52,315 nt of DNA, from positions 1-52,315 of IMG/VR virus record IMGVR_UViG_3300043174_000068; one strand, given 5' to 3'. This DNA comes from a virus (lineage: Duplodnaviria > Caudoviricetes). This document shows positions 19,102 through 28,359 of the stretch, in pieces. The position numbers were made by a program, and so were the translations under genes. The notes under the pieces are model-generated. The model was not told the origin of the DNA and searched no databases. It worked only from the letters and a program-made list of their open reading frames with translations. Position 1 is the first letter of the stretch; each line of letters opens with the position of its first letter.

Positions 19102-19893
19102 TCATGCTGAGTATAATGAACGAAAAAAGTTTTCCACTAGTTCTATATTATATATATCCTCTTTACTACAGCTTGGGCAAAAACTTTTCATCTTTAATTG
19201 AATACCATATTTGCCAAATTTATCTTCATATGTTTGATAAATAATTCTTTTATCCCTAGCTGGCAAAGACATATATGCATCAATAATATCAACTCTATCA
19301 TCATAAATAATTGGCACCCCAGTTGTTTCTGGAGTGTGTTCAAATTTATCAATAATTAAAGTTTCAGTAATTAAATCCATTGTAGTTCCAGGCATATTAC
19401 CAAGACTTCTAATTGCTGTTAACTCATCAAATAAAGTTGGTTGTTTAACATAAACAAATACTCCTTTACTTTTAGGTAACTCAACTTTATGTCTTTCTTT
19501 GATAATATCAGCACCTGGGTATGCAGTAAAATTAAATGTACTTGATGCTTGAACTGTAACTGAATGTGTGTTTGAACATCCTGAACATTTGACTTGATAA
19601 TTTCTAATTTCTTCATAAGTTATATGATAAAGACCATAAAGCAATGCATCTCTATCTTTCAATGTAACAGTTTTTAGAAATGAATCTAAATCTGTAACAT
19701 TATCTGGTTTAGTAACTAATGAGTCAAAAATGCATGAGTTTAAATGTTCAGCAACCTTAAGAGGAGTTACTAAACTACCTTTTAATCTTTCTTCCTCTTG
19801 TACGTTCATAGAACGCAAAGTGAAAGATTTCTTAGTCTGAGGAGTAATAACTTCATACTCCGGATACTTGATATTAAATCCTGTGAATGTCAT
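19102..19893 (-). CDS. Baseplate hub assembly / tail chaperone protein (T4 gp26-like)
   Basis: P.YEV..P.T...F.LR.M.V.EE, D.DALL..L, two CxxC pairs and C-terminal NFF. Confidence 0.8.
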   Translation of the reverse strand: MTFTGFNIKYPEYEVITPQTKKSFTLRSMNVQEEERLKGSLVTPLKVAEHLNSCIFDSLVTKPDNVTDLDSFLKTVTLKDRDALLYGLYHITYEEIRNYQVKCSGCSNTHSVTVQASSTFNFTAYPGADIIKERHKVELPKSKGVFVYVKQPTLFDELTAIRSLGNMPGTTMDLITETLIIDKFEHTPETTGVPIIYDDRVDIIDAYMSLPARDKRIIYQTYEDKFGKYGIQLKMKSFCPSCSKEDIYNIELVENFFRSLYSA

Positions 19894-19916
19894 TTTGAAT
19901 CTCCTTTCGTTCGCTT

Positions 19917-20378
19917 TTACATTAATCTAGTATCAGAAATTTGTTTCTCAATTTTCTTGAGAACATTAGAAAATGTCTTTTGACATTGTTCTGGTTTTAT
20001 AGTCTGAGCACATTTAGAAATATGTTTTCTAACTTCATTTCTTTTAGCCGCCAGACCATTGAGTTTAAATTGTTTTAAACATCCTTTTTTATCTTCTTGT
20101 TCTCTACAAGCCTGAGTAGATGGAGCAAAAATTTTATAATATGCTTTATTACCAGATGCTAATGCTGATGCAATAATAATAGCAGTAACTAAAAGACTTG
20201 CTTCCTGTATAATAACAGTATCTAGAATTTGCTTTCTATTAGCAGCGTACTCCACATATGCTAATAACGAAAGCTTCTCAGACTTTGACAAATTGCTTTC
20301 ATAAATACAAAATGCAGCAATTGTTCTGAGATTATTCGTAGATAATTTATTAAGTTCCTGAAGATTGCTTTTGTCCAT
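19917..20378 (-). CDS. Single-copy paralog of the hydrophobic + Cys-rich helical domain
   Basis: LLVTAIIIASALA followed by C..C..KC..C, with spacing similar to the units in 17269-18429. Confidence 0.7.
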   Translation of the reverse strand: MDKSNLQELNKLSTNNLRTIAAFCIYESNLSKSEKLSLLAYVEYAANRKQILDTVIIQEASLLVTAIIIASALASGNKAYYKIFAPSTQACREQEDKKGCLKQFKLNGLAAKRNEVRKHISKCAQTIKPEQCQKTFSNVLKKIEKQISDTRLM

Positions 20379-21090
20379 AGCCCTTTACAACGTTCTTTAC
20401 GTTTGCAAAAGTATTAGCTAATGATTGGCACTTTGTTTTAACCCAGTTTTCTCTCCAAGCATAATCAACGTTAAATTCAATTTCAATATCTAATCTACCA
20501 ACTGTTTCAACGTCACTGATGAATAAATCTTGAGGATCTTTTGAAGGGAAAACTCCATCATAACATGCAAAAAATTCAACTGTTTTGGCATCGGGAGCAG
20601 TTGTCCAGTAATAAACTAACCCAGCATATGTTTTCTTTGTGTATCCACTTCCGTCATCTGTATCTTCTAGGTCAGTAACACCAGTTCTATAATCTCTAAT
20701 CATCTTAACCCAACCATGAAAAATGTCTAGAATTGGTGTCTTGTTAAATTCAATAAACTTCATTGAGACAGCATTACCATAATCAATATTTCCTGGTACT
20801 GCCCATTTAATACCGCCTAACCCAGTGTACTCAATTTTATTTAGAGTACCTCCTGGAATAGTTGAAACTCCAGTACAAGATGCAGCAAGAATATTTTTAA
20901 TTTCTCCTTCTGACGAAATTCCACTGTTTCCTGTACCTGCAACATAACTAGCTAAACCAGTTGGAAGTTTATCAAACCAAACAAAATGATAACCAGTTAC
21001 ATAAGGATCAGCAACACCAACTGTAGTACCACCGAATTTTCTAGTCAAAATATTTTCGCCTAACTGAGCAAAAGAATATTTAATAGCCAT
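20350..21090 (-). CDS. Tail tube protein
   Basis: F.E.....I..IF..W, Y...PD...VEF...Y.GVFP..DP and IEIEFNVD pattern of T4 gp19-like tube proteins; GGAGG RBS. Confidence 0.8.
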   Translation of the reverse strand: MAIKYSFAQLGENILTRKFGGTTVGVADPYVTGYHFVWFDKLPTGLASYVAGTGNSGISSEGEIKNILAASCTGVSTIPGGTLNKIEYTGLGGIKWAVPGNIDYGNAVSMKFIEFNKTPILDIFHGWVKMIRDYRTGVTDLEDTDDGSGYTKKTYAGLVYYWTTAPDAKTVEFFACYDGVFPSKDPQDLFISDVETVGRLDIEIEFNVDYAWRENWVKTKCQSLANTFANVKNVVKGYGQKQSSGT

Positions 21091-21120
21091 TTATTTATTC
21101 CTCCTAGATTGCTATATAAA

Positions 21121-21615
21121 TCACACTTTATATTTAACACGTCTTTGTATAGCATCGAACACAGAATTCCAATCTCCGTCTTCGATACTAATAGCTTTAT
21201 CATCAATGTAGAAATCAGCAGCTAATTTTTCTGCTGTAATTCTATCAAAGTAAATATCATTTTTATTCAACCAATCTGCAACTTTATATATTTCTTCTGA
21301 AGCATCTCCGCCCATTTCCACTGCATTTTGTTTTGATGCTCTAGTTGTGAAAATAACTATTTCATACCCTTGAGACTTTAACCAATTTATTACTTCTCTA
21401 GCTCCTTCAAATGGATCATCATATATACTACCATCTGAATAACCTTGTGAGTATTTATGAATAGTACCATCTAAATCAATCATCGCCCTTCTAGGCATAG
21501 TTGTTATCTGTTTGTTCTCAGGGTAAACCGTATATAAAACTTTCTTTTTTCGGAAAGGTTTTGAGAATGAATCCATCGGGAAAATAGATTCATTACTATT
21601 TGATTTATTTCTCAT
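21121..21615 (-). CDS. HAD-superfamily phosphatase (polynucleotide-kinase phosphatase-like)
   Basis: DLDGT motif I, IFTTR motif II, K...YIDDKA motifs III/IV. Confidence 0.85.
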   Translation of the reverse strand: MRNKSNSNESIFPMDSFSKPFRKKKVLYTVYPENKQITTMPRRAMIDLDGTIHKYSQGYSDGSIYDDPFEGAREVINWLKSQGYEIVIFTTRASKQNAVEMGGDASEEIYKVADWLNKNDIYFDRITAEKLAADFYIDDKAISIEDGDWNSVFDAIQRRVKYKV

Positions 21616-21641
21616 TATTTACCTTATGCAACATTTTATAT

Positions 21642-21652
21642 TTTGTTCTAAT
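21642..21652 (-). promoter_or_regulatory. Putative late promoter motif (ATTAGAACAAA)
   Basis: Near-consensus copy upstream of the HAD/tube/baseplate operon. Confidence 0.6.
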
Positions 21653-21689
21653 TTTTTAGGCAAACCGGTTGCTGAAAACAATTTAATAC

Positions 21690-21702
21690 TATATATATTA
21701 AT
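21690..21702 (+). promoter_or_regulatory. Putative early promoter motif TATATATATTAAT(act)TGAA
   Basis: Exact 13-mer upstream of the radical SAM island. Confidence 0.65.
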
Positions 21703-21754
21703 ACTTGAATGAATGACTTAACTATTTTTTTAATTCTTAAATAAGGAGAAATGC

Positions 21755-22792
21755 GTGAAAAAAGAAATCAAAGTATGCACAGGATCAGTTAAAATATTTT
21801 CAAATGATAATTATAGAATTATCTTTGATATGAAAAATGGAGTTGAGATTCTAACTGGAATCAATGGAAAAGAAGATCCATTCGTTTTAGAACTTCCTTC
21901 TTTATTAGATATTGGAATAATGGGAACCTGCAAAAGGAAGTGCCCTTTCTGTTATCAGGGTCATGAAGATAAACCAAATATGAAACTTGAAGATTTCAAA
22001 TCAATAATTAATCAAGTTAGCCATCACGTTAATCAAGTAGCTCTTGGTGGACGAGGCGATCCAAATAAGCATGAAAACTTCAAAGAGATTATTGAATATT
22101 GTAGAAATAGCAACATTATTCCAAACTATACAACGAGTGGTATTGATCTAACAGATGAAGAAGTTGAAATCTCAAAGATGTGTGGTGCAGTTGCAGTTAG
22201 TGACTATAATCAGAAATTTACTTTTGAGGCAATAAAAAAGTTTACAAAAGCTAAGATTAAAACTAATATTCATAAGATTTTTTCTAATGCATCATATCAA
22301 GAATGCTTGCAAATTCTTTATGGATATAATCCTTACAAAAGTAATATTTCAAATAGAGGCGGAATTGTATATAATATTGATCTCAAGAAAATCAATGCAG
22401 TAATCTTCTTATTATTCAAACCTCAGGGTGCTGGAAAGAATGTTGACTTAAGACCATTGCCTCATCAAATTAAATTATTTTCTGAATTAGTGGTAAGCAA
22501 GAAACGAAGAAAATGTAAAATTGGTATGGATAGCTGTTTAGTTAATCATGTCTTAAAATATGTAGAAATGGAAAAAGTACAAAGAATGTGTGTTGACACA
22601 TGTGAAGGTGCCAGAATGTCAGCATACATTTCTCCAGATATGAAATTTATGCCATGTAGTTTTGCAAACTCAAATTCAGAAACAAAATTGACAGATACAA
22701 ATTTACAGGAGATCTGGTTGAATGGGCATTCTTTCTCGTATTTTAGAAAAGTGTTATCTAAAACTTCCAACACCTGTCCAATCGAATTATGA
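21755..22792 (+). CDS. Radical SAM protein with SPASM/twitch-like C-terminus
   Basis: CKRKCPFC (CxxxCxxC), GG.GDP..H, C.GAR...ISPD....PCSF and terminal CP; GTG start with AGGAG RBS. Confidence 0.9.
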   Translation: MKKEIKVCTGSVKIFSNDNYRIIFDMKNGVEILTGINGKEDPFVLELPSLLDIGIMGTCKRKCPFCYQGHEDKPNMKLEDFKSIINQVSHHVNQVALGGRGDPNKHENFKEIIEYCRNSNIIPNYTTSGIDLTDEEVEISKMCGAVAVSDYNQKFTFEAIKKFTKAKIKTNIHKIFSNASYQECLQILYGYNPYKSNISNRGGIVYNIDLKKINAVIFLLFKPQGAGKNVDLRPLPHQIKLFSELVVSKKRRKCKIGMDSCLVNHVLKYVEMEKVQRMCVDTCEGARMSAYISPDMKFMPCSFANSNSETKLTDTNLQEIWLNGHSFSYFRKVLSKTSNTCPIEL

Positions 22793-22802
22793 AAGGTATA
22801 AA

Positions 22803-23348
22803 ATGAATATGAATAATGACGACCCAACTGATCATAGAGATTTAAATATGTCTATTGATAATTATAATATATGCGAAGTAGTTGCAGTTCCGCAAAATTT
22901 TGATATTAAAAGTTTCTTATCTATGAGAGAACAAATGGGTATGTTTAAAGCAAAAAATATTGATTCAAAATTATTAGAAGCTGTCTCAATGGCAGTAACA
23001 TGTTCTCCGATTTTTTCTAGTATGAATAATGCATTAATAAACCCATATGTATTTTCTTATTTTCTTCATATTTTAGATGAATTAGGACTTATCATTAAAA
23101 ATTATCATAATCCGATTAGAAAAAATTATCGTGATAAACCGTATTTAGAATTTTGTCAACGCTGGGAAGAAGGAAGATATACTTATATACGAGGGCAAGA
23201 AGTTAAAAGAATTAGTTTTATAGTTATAAATATTGTACAACTTTTTAGTCAAGATGTAATTGATGAAGCAAAGAAAGCTCTAGAGGATATTGAAAAATTT
23301 CAAACCGATGCAAATAAAAAAATGGAGGAGATGTGCTCAAATACATAA
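22803..23348 (+). CDS. Hypothetical protein (start moved from 22722 to ATG 22803)
   Basis: AAGG upstream of in-frame ATG 22803, after the radical SAM stop codon. Confidence 0.65.
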   Translation: MNMNNDDPTDHRDLNMSIDNYNICEVVAVPQNFDIKSFLSMREQMGMFKAKNIDSKLLEAVSMAVTCSPIFSSMNNALINPYVFSYFLHILDELGLIIKNYHNPIRKNYRDKPYLEFCQRWEEGRYTYIRGQEVKRISFIVINIVQLFSQDVIDEAKKALEDIEKFQTDANKKMEEMCSNT

Positions 23349-23515
23349 TAGGATTAATGTTGTTAGGAGCTCTTATTCTTACTATTATGGAAGTATTTTC
23401 TGGAACTAAATGGGTATGGTGGTTTGAGATAATATTGTGCTGGTTATATTATTTGATGGTAATGAATCCAACTTTAAAATATCTTCAAAATAAACAGAAA
23501 GGAACACCGCAGTGA
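23333..23515 (+). CDS. Small two-TM membrane protein
   Basis: GGAGGAG RBS; two hydrophobic segments. Confidence 0.7.
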   Translation: MLKYIIGLMLLGALILTIMEVFSGTKWVWWFEIILCWLYYLMVMNPTLKYLQNKQKGTPQ

Positions 23516-23982
23516 AAATTTTCATTACACTATTGTTTGCACTATTTCTTATAGTGCCCAATGTATTTGCTCAAAAAAGTATTGGAGAAGTTGAAGCGGT
23601 ACAACGTATTATTGAAGGAAATGATAGAATTAGAGTTATCCGTATTGATGACCCCGATAATCCTTTCGTAAGTATTTATTTTACAAGTATTAAAAGTGGT
23701 CAATTCTTTGCATTAGCTGATCCAAGTAATACTTCTATTGCAACCAGACTTACCAGCCCTGTTCCTGTTGATAAAGATGGAAAGCAGATTGTAAATAAAA
23801 GCACCCGTCTTGAGATTGCAAGTGTATCAAAATCAATTGGAACTAAGGAGATGAAGATCGCTCGGTGGTATGATGCAGAAAAGAATACTCTTGTTTATTT
23901 GGTCTACACAGACAAATGGATTGGAGGGTCATTGAAACATTCTATTTCTGCTGTTGCTCTTGGATTTCCGCCTGATAAGTAG
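23512..23982 (+). CDS. creA: CreA-family exported protein
   Basis: Signal peptide; DDP, DPSNTSIA, YDAEKNTLVYLVYTDK.IGGS.KHSISAV match CreA motifs. Confidence 0.85.
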   Translation: MKIFITLLFALFLIVPNVFAQKSIGEVEAVQRIIEGNDRIRVIRIDDPDNPFVSIYFTSIKSGQFFALADPSNTSIATRLTSPVPVDKDGKQIVNKSTRLEIASVSKSIGTKEMKIARWYDAEKNTLVYLVYTDKWIGGSLKHSISAVALGFPPDK

Positions 23983-23990
23983 ATCCAACG

Positions 23991-24033
23991 AAAATAAAGG
24001 GTGATGTCTTTCGGCACCACCCTTTATTTTTTT
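23991..24033. terminator. Bidirectional rho-independent terminator
   Basis: AAAATAAAGGGTG...CACCCTTTATTTT between the convergent creA and sheath genes. Confidence 0.9.
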
Positions 24034-24040
24034 CTAAAGA

Positions 24041-25999
24041 TTATTGAATGAAGAAATTCAACTCAATTTGTTCAACAACTCTGGTTGGTTGTAGTGTAAC
24101 ATTAACATGGAATTTCTTGGTCTTCTTTTCATAATCAGAAGCGCCAACATCAACCGAGTAATTATACAACCCTCTTTTCTTTCTGATTACTTCTAAGAAC
24201 TCAACTAATTGTGTTGCAACTTGACTCCAAGTAATTTCATCATTTTGTTCAAAGATAAAGTAACGACAGAAATCTTCAAATGCTCTCTTAATGTATAATA
24301 CTAGACGAACAATATTTAGATCTTGTAGAGCACTTGCTTTTGCTTGTGAAGTCAATTGACCCCAAACTACATAACCAGGATTGAACTTAACAATTGGATT
24401 TAATTGTTTTAGATATAATTGATCTCTTTCTCCTAGTTTTGGATTGAATCTCAAGTCTTTAATTGTGTCAATTGTAGCTCTGTTGAAACCAGCAGCTGCA
24501 AACCATAGTTCAGCAACATTATCATTTCTTGGTAGAATATATGACATATGGAATACTGGAGATACCCACATATCAACGCCGGTAAATATATCATATACTT
24601 TACTATATGATTCATAAAGAGCTGCAAAGTATGTGTTGTATGTATGAACATTTCTTCTAGCATTTAATGATAGATTAACATTTGTATTATCACCATTATC
24701 CATAATACACACGCAGTCACGTCTGGTTCTACATAGTGTAACAATTGAAGATTTAACATCATCAGGGTAACCACAATCAAACACCATTGACATGTAGTAA
24801 TTTTCTGTATCTAAAACCTTATCATCAATAAGTCCACTATATGCTTGGGATAGTAATTGTGTTGCTTCTGCTGTGTCTAGAGAACCATCAGATTGAATTA
24901 AATCTCCGTCTGACCCCTTTCTTAATGGAGCTGGTTCTGAACTAATAAAAGCTTCAGCTACACTACCATAAGACTTTTTAATTCTGTACTCAACAGAACC
25001 ACTTGCATCAAATTCTACAACATTACCATTCCATTTCTGTGTTGCCCCTGAAATAACTCTACTATCATAAACCATAATTGATTCATCGTATGTTCCTGAA
25101 GCAGCACCAAGCCAACCCCAAATTTCATTTCCTCTAGCATCTTTTGCGATAACAACATATTCATACTCTGTACCTGAAATAGTTTGCCAATCAGTAAAAT
25201 CTTGTTTGTTATCTGTCAATAAAGCTGAACCAACTGTTAAATCAGCAGATGTAGTTCCAATATCTTTATCATATACTCTAATGTTAATATCATATCCTGA
25301 TGAGTATCTTGCTGTATCTGCATCAATAATCATTTCAGCTCTTAACATACTTGAATAAAATGCTAGAACATCTTGAATCCATAGAGAGTCTCCATTGATA
25401 TCCCTTGCTAGAGGATTAAAAGAAACTTCAAAAGATTCAATAATAACATCTTCTCCATCTGATTGTTTTTCATAGATGTCTAATGTATATGTATCCCAAA
25501 GAGTTGGATTCGCAACCTCAGTTAATCTAACAGAAATCTTGTTATACCATTGCCCTCTTCCAATTGGATACAAAATACAAATTGGATATCTAGTTCCATC
25601 TTGTAATAGATTTGTTTGTAACTCATCTTTGCTGTTAATGTTATTCAAATATGAAATTTGAAAACCAGCTGTAGTATCTAATGCTCCAAACAAGCAATCA
25701 ATACTCATGTTTGCATATGCAGCATTATCTGAAAGAACTCTCATGAAATACAATGAACCAGACTCGCCTAAATAGTTATAAGCACAATATGGTCCTTGCC
25801 CAAAATTCTTTCCATAAGCTGTAATGTTTGGTTCACCAAATTCTGAAATGTAATCTGATCTTCCGCCGATGAACTTAAGTACGTTATCCTCTCCTTTCTC
25901 AGTTAGAGCAGCGATAAAACCAATTGTTGATGGAACTGCCTGTACAAATGTTGATAGGTCTATAATTTTACTATATACACCTGGTGAAACATTGGCCAT
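24041..25999 (-). CDS. Contractile tail sheath protein
   Basis: SPGVY...IDLS, FGEP, WFAAAGFNR, LY...LNPI, VWGQLT, LNIVRL, FIFEQND...W, QPTR.VEQI. Confidence 0.95.
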   Translation of the reverse strand: MANVSPGVYSKIIDLSTFVQAVPSTIGFIAALTEKGEDNVLKFIGGRSDYISEFGEPNITAYGKNFGQGPYCAYNYLGESGSLYFMRVLSDNAAYANMSIDCLFGALDTTAGFQISYLNNINSKDELQTNLLQDGTRYPICILYPIGRGQWYNKISVRLTEVANPTLWDTYTLDIYEKQSDGEDVIIESFEVSFNPLARDINGDSLWIQDVLAFYSSMLRAEMIIDADTARYSSGYDINIRVYDKDIGTTSADLTVGSALLTDNKQDFTDWQTISGTEYEYVVIAKDARGNEIWGWLGAASGTYDESIMVYDSRVISGATQKWNGNVVEFDASGSVEYRIKKSYGSVAEAFISSEPAPLRKGSDGDLIQSDGSLDTAEATQLLSQAYSGLIDDKVLDTENYYMSMVFDCGYPDDVKSSIVTLCRTRRDCVCIMDNGDNTNVNLSLNARRNVHTYNTYFAALYESYSKVYDIFTGVDMWVSPVFHMSYILPRNDNVAELWFAAAGFNRATIDTIKDLRFNPKLGERDQLYLKQLNPIVKFNPGYVVWGQLTSQAKASALQDLNIVRLVLYIKRAFEDFCRYFIFEQNDEITWSQVATQLVEFLEVIRKKRGLYNYSVDVGASDYEKKTKKFHVNVTLQPTRVVEQIELNFFIQ

Positions 26000-26093
26000 G
26001 ATATTTTTTCCTCCGAAAAAATTTTATTCTCTAATATTAATTACCTCTATTTATAATCCTTCTTTTCTACCAGGTCTAAAATTTTAAAATCCT

Positions 26094-26780
26094 TTAGAAA
26101 TATAAGAACCACGCAAAGATCAATCTTCTATCTGAAGTTTTTACAATTGAAGGGAATGTAACTCTTGCAAATATATTGAATGGACCTGTATAACTCCCAG
26201 CATTACTTTCTGACGTAAATAGTGCTGCTTCGCTTAATTGTTTTCCATTTGCATCTGTAGATGCAATTGCTATTGAAACTTTAACTATTAAATACTTATC
26301 ATCATTTAGAGAATCTATTTGATATTCAATTCCTTCAAATGGTTTTTTGTAAAATCCTTCTTCTGGATACCCAGATGAAATAACATGATAATCAGCACAT
26401 GATGCATCTGTTGCACTAATCATAATTCTTGAAGATAAATCAGTTTGTGTAATTACTGGTGGCGAAGGATTGAATGGGTCTCCTGGAATAACCCCTCCAT
26501 CTCCTAAACCAAACCAAGAAAGATATTCACTCTGACTTTGACTAATGTATGGATTAGCTAAATTAAATGCTCTAGATGCAAGCCATTCTCTTCCCATATA
26601 TAAAACTAAATTATTTTTACCAATTAACTTTTTTGAACCATCCTCTAAAACATCATAAATCTCTACGAACCCTTTTGGAGATCTTACTTCACTAACTTTT
26701 CTATTAACGGAATCGTTCAAACAATGTTCACCATAATGTTCTTTAATAATGATCTCTGTAGTTTTGACTTGTTTGTCCAT
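26094..26780 (-). CDS. Baseplate / tail-fibre attachment protein (tail-collar-like)
   Basis: NLV...GR..LA, FGLGDGG, LSEAALF and FARVTFPSIVK motifs. Confidence 0.6.
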   Translation of the reverse strand: MDKQVKTTEIIIKEHYGEHCLNDSVNRKVSEVRSPKGFVEIYDVLEDGSKKLIGKNNLVLYMGREWLASRAFNLANPYISQSQSEYLSWFGLGDGGVIPGDPFNPSPPVITQTDLSSRIMISATDASCADYHVISSGYPEEGFYKKPFEGIEYQIDSLNDDKYLIVKVSIAIASTDANGKQLSEAALFTSESNAGSYTGPFNIFARVTFPSIVKTSDRRLIFAWFLYF

Positions 26781-26819
26781 ATTGATATCCTTTAACCGTA
26801 AAGACGTTTTCTGTGTAAT

Positions 26820-26830
26820 TTTGTTCTAAA
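26820..26830 (-). promoter_or_regulatory. Putative late promoter motif TTTAGAACAAA
   Basis: Exact consensus upstream of the operon that includes the sheath gene. Confidence 0.65.
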
Positions 26831-26846
26831 TATAGCAAGCAATTGG

Positions 26847-26859
26847 TATATATATTAAT
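26847..26859 (+). promoter_or_regulatory. Putative early promoter motif TATATATATTAAT(atg)TGA
   Basis: Exact 13-mer upstream of a two-gene island. Confidence 0.65.
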
Positions 26860-26895
26860 ATGTGAGAAACCAACTAACCTTTTAAAGGAGGAAGC

Positions 26896-27129
26896 ATGAA
26901 CATTCTCAAAGTTATCAACAATGGAAGTCCAGTTTATTTGATGAGGCAGAAACCATTTGATATCCTTAATCTGATGAAAGGTTTCAGCGTCGAGTTTAGG
27001 CAGGATGTCAAAATCATTATGGGTGCCTTTGATGTTCAGGGTACCTTGTTCATCACCTACCTGGAGCAGTTTCAGGGGTTCCAGCGGATTGACAGCATGA
27101 TCACTCCGCTGATTATTAAAAACCGTTAG
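26896..27129 (+). CDS. Hypothetical protein
   Basis: AAGGAGG RBS; 77 aa ORF. Confidence 0.75.
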   Translation: MNILKVINNGSPVYLMRQKPFDILNLMKGFSVEFRQDVKIIMGAFDVQGTLFITYLEQFQGFQRIDSMITPLIIKNR

Positions 27130-27132
27130 CCT

Positions 27133-27366
27133 ATGAAGGAGGGCACAGTGCTATTATGGTATAGAGATAAAAACCATATGGTCAAAGTTAATGAGGGATT
27201 CGATTCATTGGAAGAAGCTGTTGGAGTTGCTGAAGAACTATCATATGAGTTCTTTCAGATTACGTCAAAAGAACACAAACGGGTTCTTAATGGAACCCGA
27301 ATCTCTGGCGAATTACTTTGGAGGTTAGAGGGCAGTCATCGTCCTCTAATACCAAAGAAATATTAG
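27133..27366 (+). CDS. Hypothetical protein
   Basis: 77 aa ORF immediately downstream, ending at a terminator. Confidence 0.65.
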   Translation: MKEGTVLLWYRDKNHMVKVNEGFDSLEEAVGVAEELSYEFFQITSKEHKRVLNGTRISGELLWRLEGSHRPLIPKKY

Positions 27367-27414
27367 GGGCGTGTGTTAGTATTCACACGCCCCTAGTAGG
27401 GCATTTATTTTTTT
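27364..27414 (+). terminator. Rho-independent terminator
   Basis: TAGGGGCGTGTG-ttagtatt-CACACGCCCCTA 12-bp stem with T-rich tail, between convergent genes. Confidence 0.8.
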
Positions 27415-28255
27415 AGCTCAATAAGTATGTACCGCAATTAGAGCAATACTTATTGTTGGATGGTGATGTTGTACCGCATGTTTTACAAACTAACTTTGTT
27501 TGCACTGTAATGGGTTTCTCGACAACAACTCCGGTGTCTCCAGACCCTTTTAATTGAATAATAATAACTTCAGCTTGTTCAAGTTCTCCAATTGAAGTAT
27601 AATTAAATGCTTGATATACTTCACTTCCTTTAACTGTAATTCCTTCATCTTTGTTTGGTTGATATGATAGATTCTCAACACTAACATTATAACAAGTGTT
27701 AACTTCTCCAACAGGCATAGAGCTATTCTGAACTGAACCAATCATTTGTCCAGAAGCACCACCAGACATTCCTCTCACACTACCTCGACTGGTTGATCCA
27801 TATGTGTAATGCCAACTTGGTGAAGAATGATCATACCAAACATATGGATAACTAAAAGGATACTTATGAACTTCATGAATAATTGTTTTTGTAATAACTT
27901 CAGGTTTTGGTTTTTCAAATGCAAATTCAACTCTAACTAAACCATCATCGACTTTATCCCCACGATGATCTTGAATTTGTTTTGTTTTTTGAATGAATCT
28001 AAATGCATTTCGAGCTACATTCCCTTGCATAAATCCCATTAGTTCTGTTGAGTCATTTGGGTCTAAAACTAATTGATGATGATCCAACGCATCTTGCCCA
28101 TCAACACTTACTTTAATTGCAGCTCTTTTTGTGTTTAGATTTTTTAGAAGGATGGAATATTCACTTCCAAAAGGTAGGTATACTGCTCCGTTTTGAACTC
28201 TTAGAATCTTTCCTGCACATTTTACTTCTACTACGAAATGATCTTTGTACGTCAT
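27413..28255 (-). CDS. Conserved large-phage protein with beta-rich N-domain and C-terminal zinc ribbon
   Basis: VYLPFGSEYSILLKN, VSVDG, GLVRVEF.FE; CKTCG...CSNCG zinc ribbon. Confidence 0.8.
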   Translation of the reverse strand: MTYKDHFVVEVKCAGKILRVQNGAVYLPFGSEYSILLKNLNTKRAAIKVSVDGQDALDHHQLVLDPNDSTELMGFMQGNVARNAFRFIQKTKQIQDHRGDKVDDGLVRVEFAFEKPKPEVITKTIIHEVHKYPFSYPYVWYDHSSPSWHYTYGSTSRGSVRGMSGGASGQMIGSVQNSSMPVGEVNTCYNVSVENLSYQPNKDEGITVKGSEVYQAFNYTSIGELEQAEVIIIQLKGSGDTGVVVEKPITVQTKLVCKTCGTTSPSNNKYCSNCGTYLLS

Positions 28256-28332
28256 GGCATTTCTCCTTGAAGATCACAGACTAAGATCTTGAGTATTTTA
28301 GTTTAAAGTCTGTTGGTTTTGCCCTACATTTA

Positions 28333-28343
28333 TTTGTTCTAAA
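28333..28343 (-). promoter_or_regulatory. Putative late promoter motif TTTAGAACAAA
   Basis: Exact consensus. Confidence 0.6.
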
Positions 28344-28359
28344 TAATATGGAATATTGC

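Noticed and set aside
26048-26055. T4-type late promoter TATAAATA upstream of the sheath gene (- strand)
   Set aside because: Single intergenic occurrence noticed in very AT-rich DNA; the other late operons use the AGAACAAA motif
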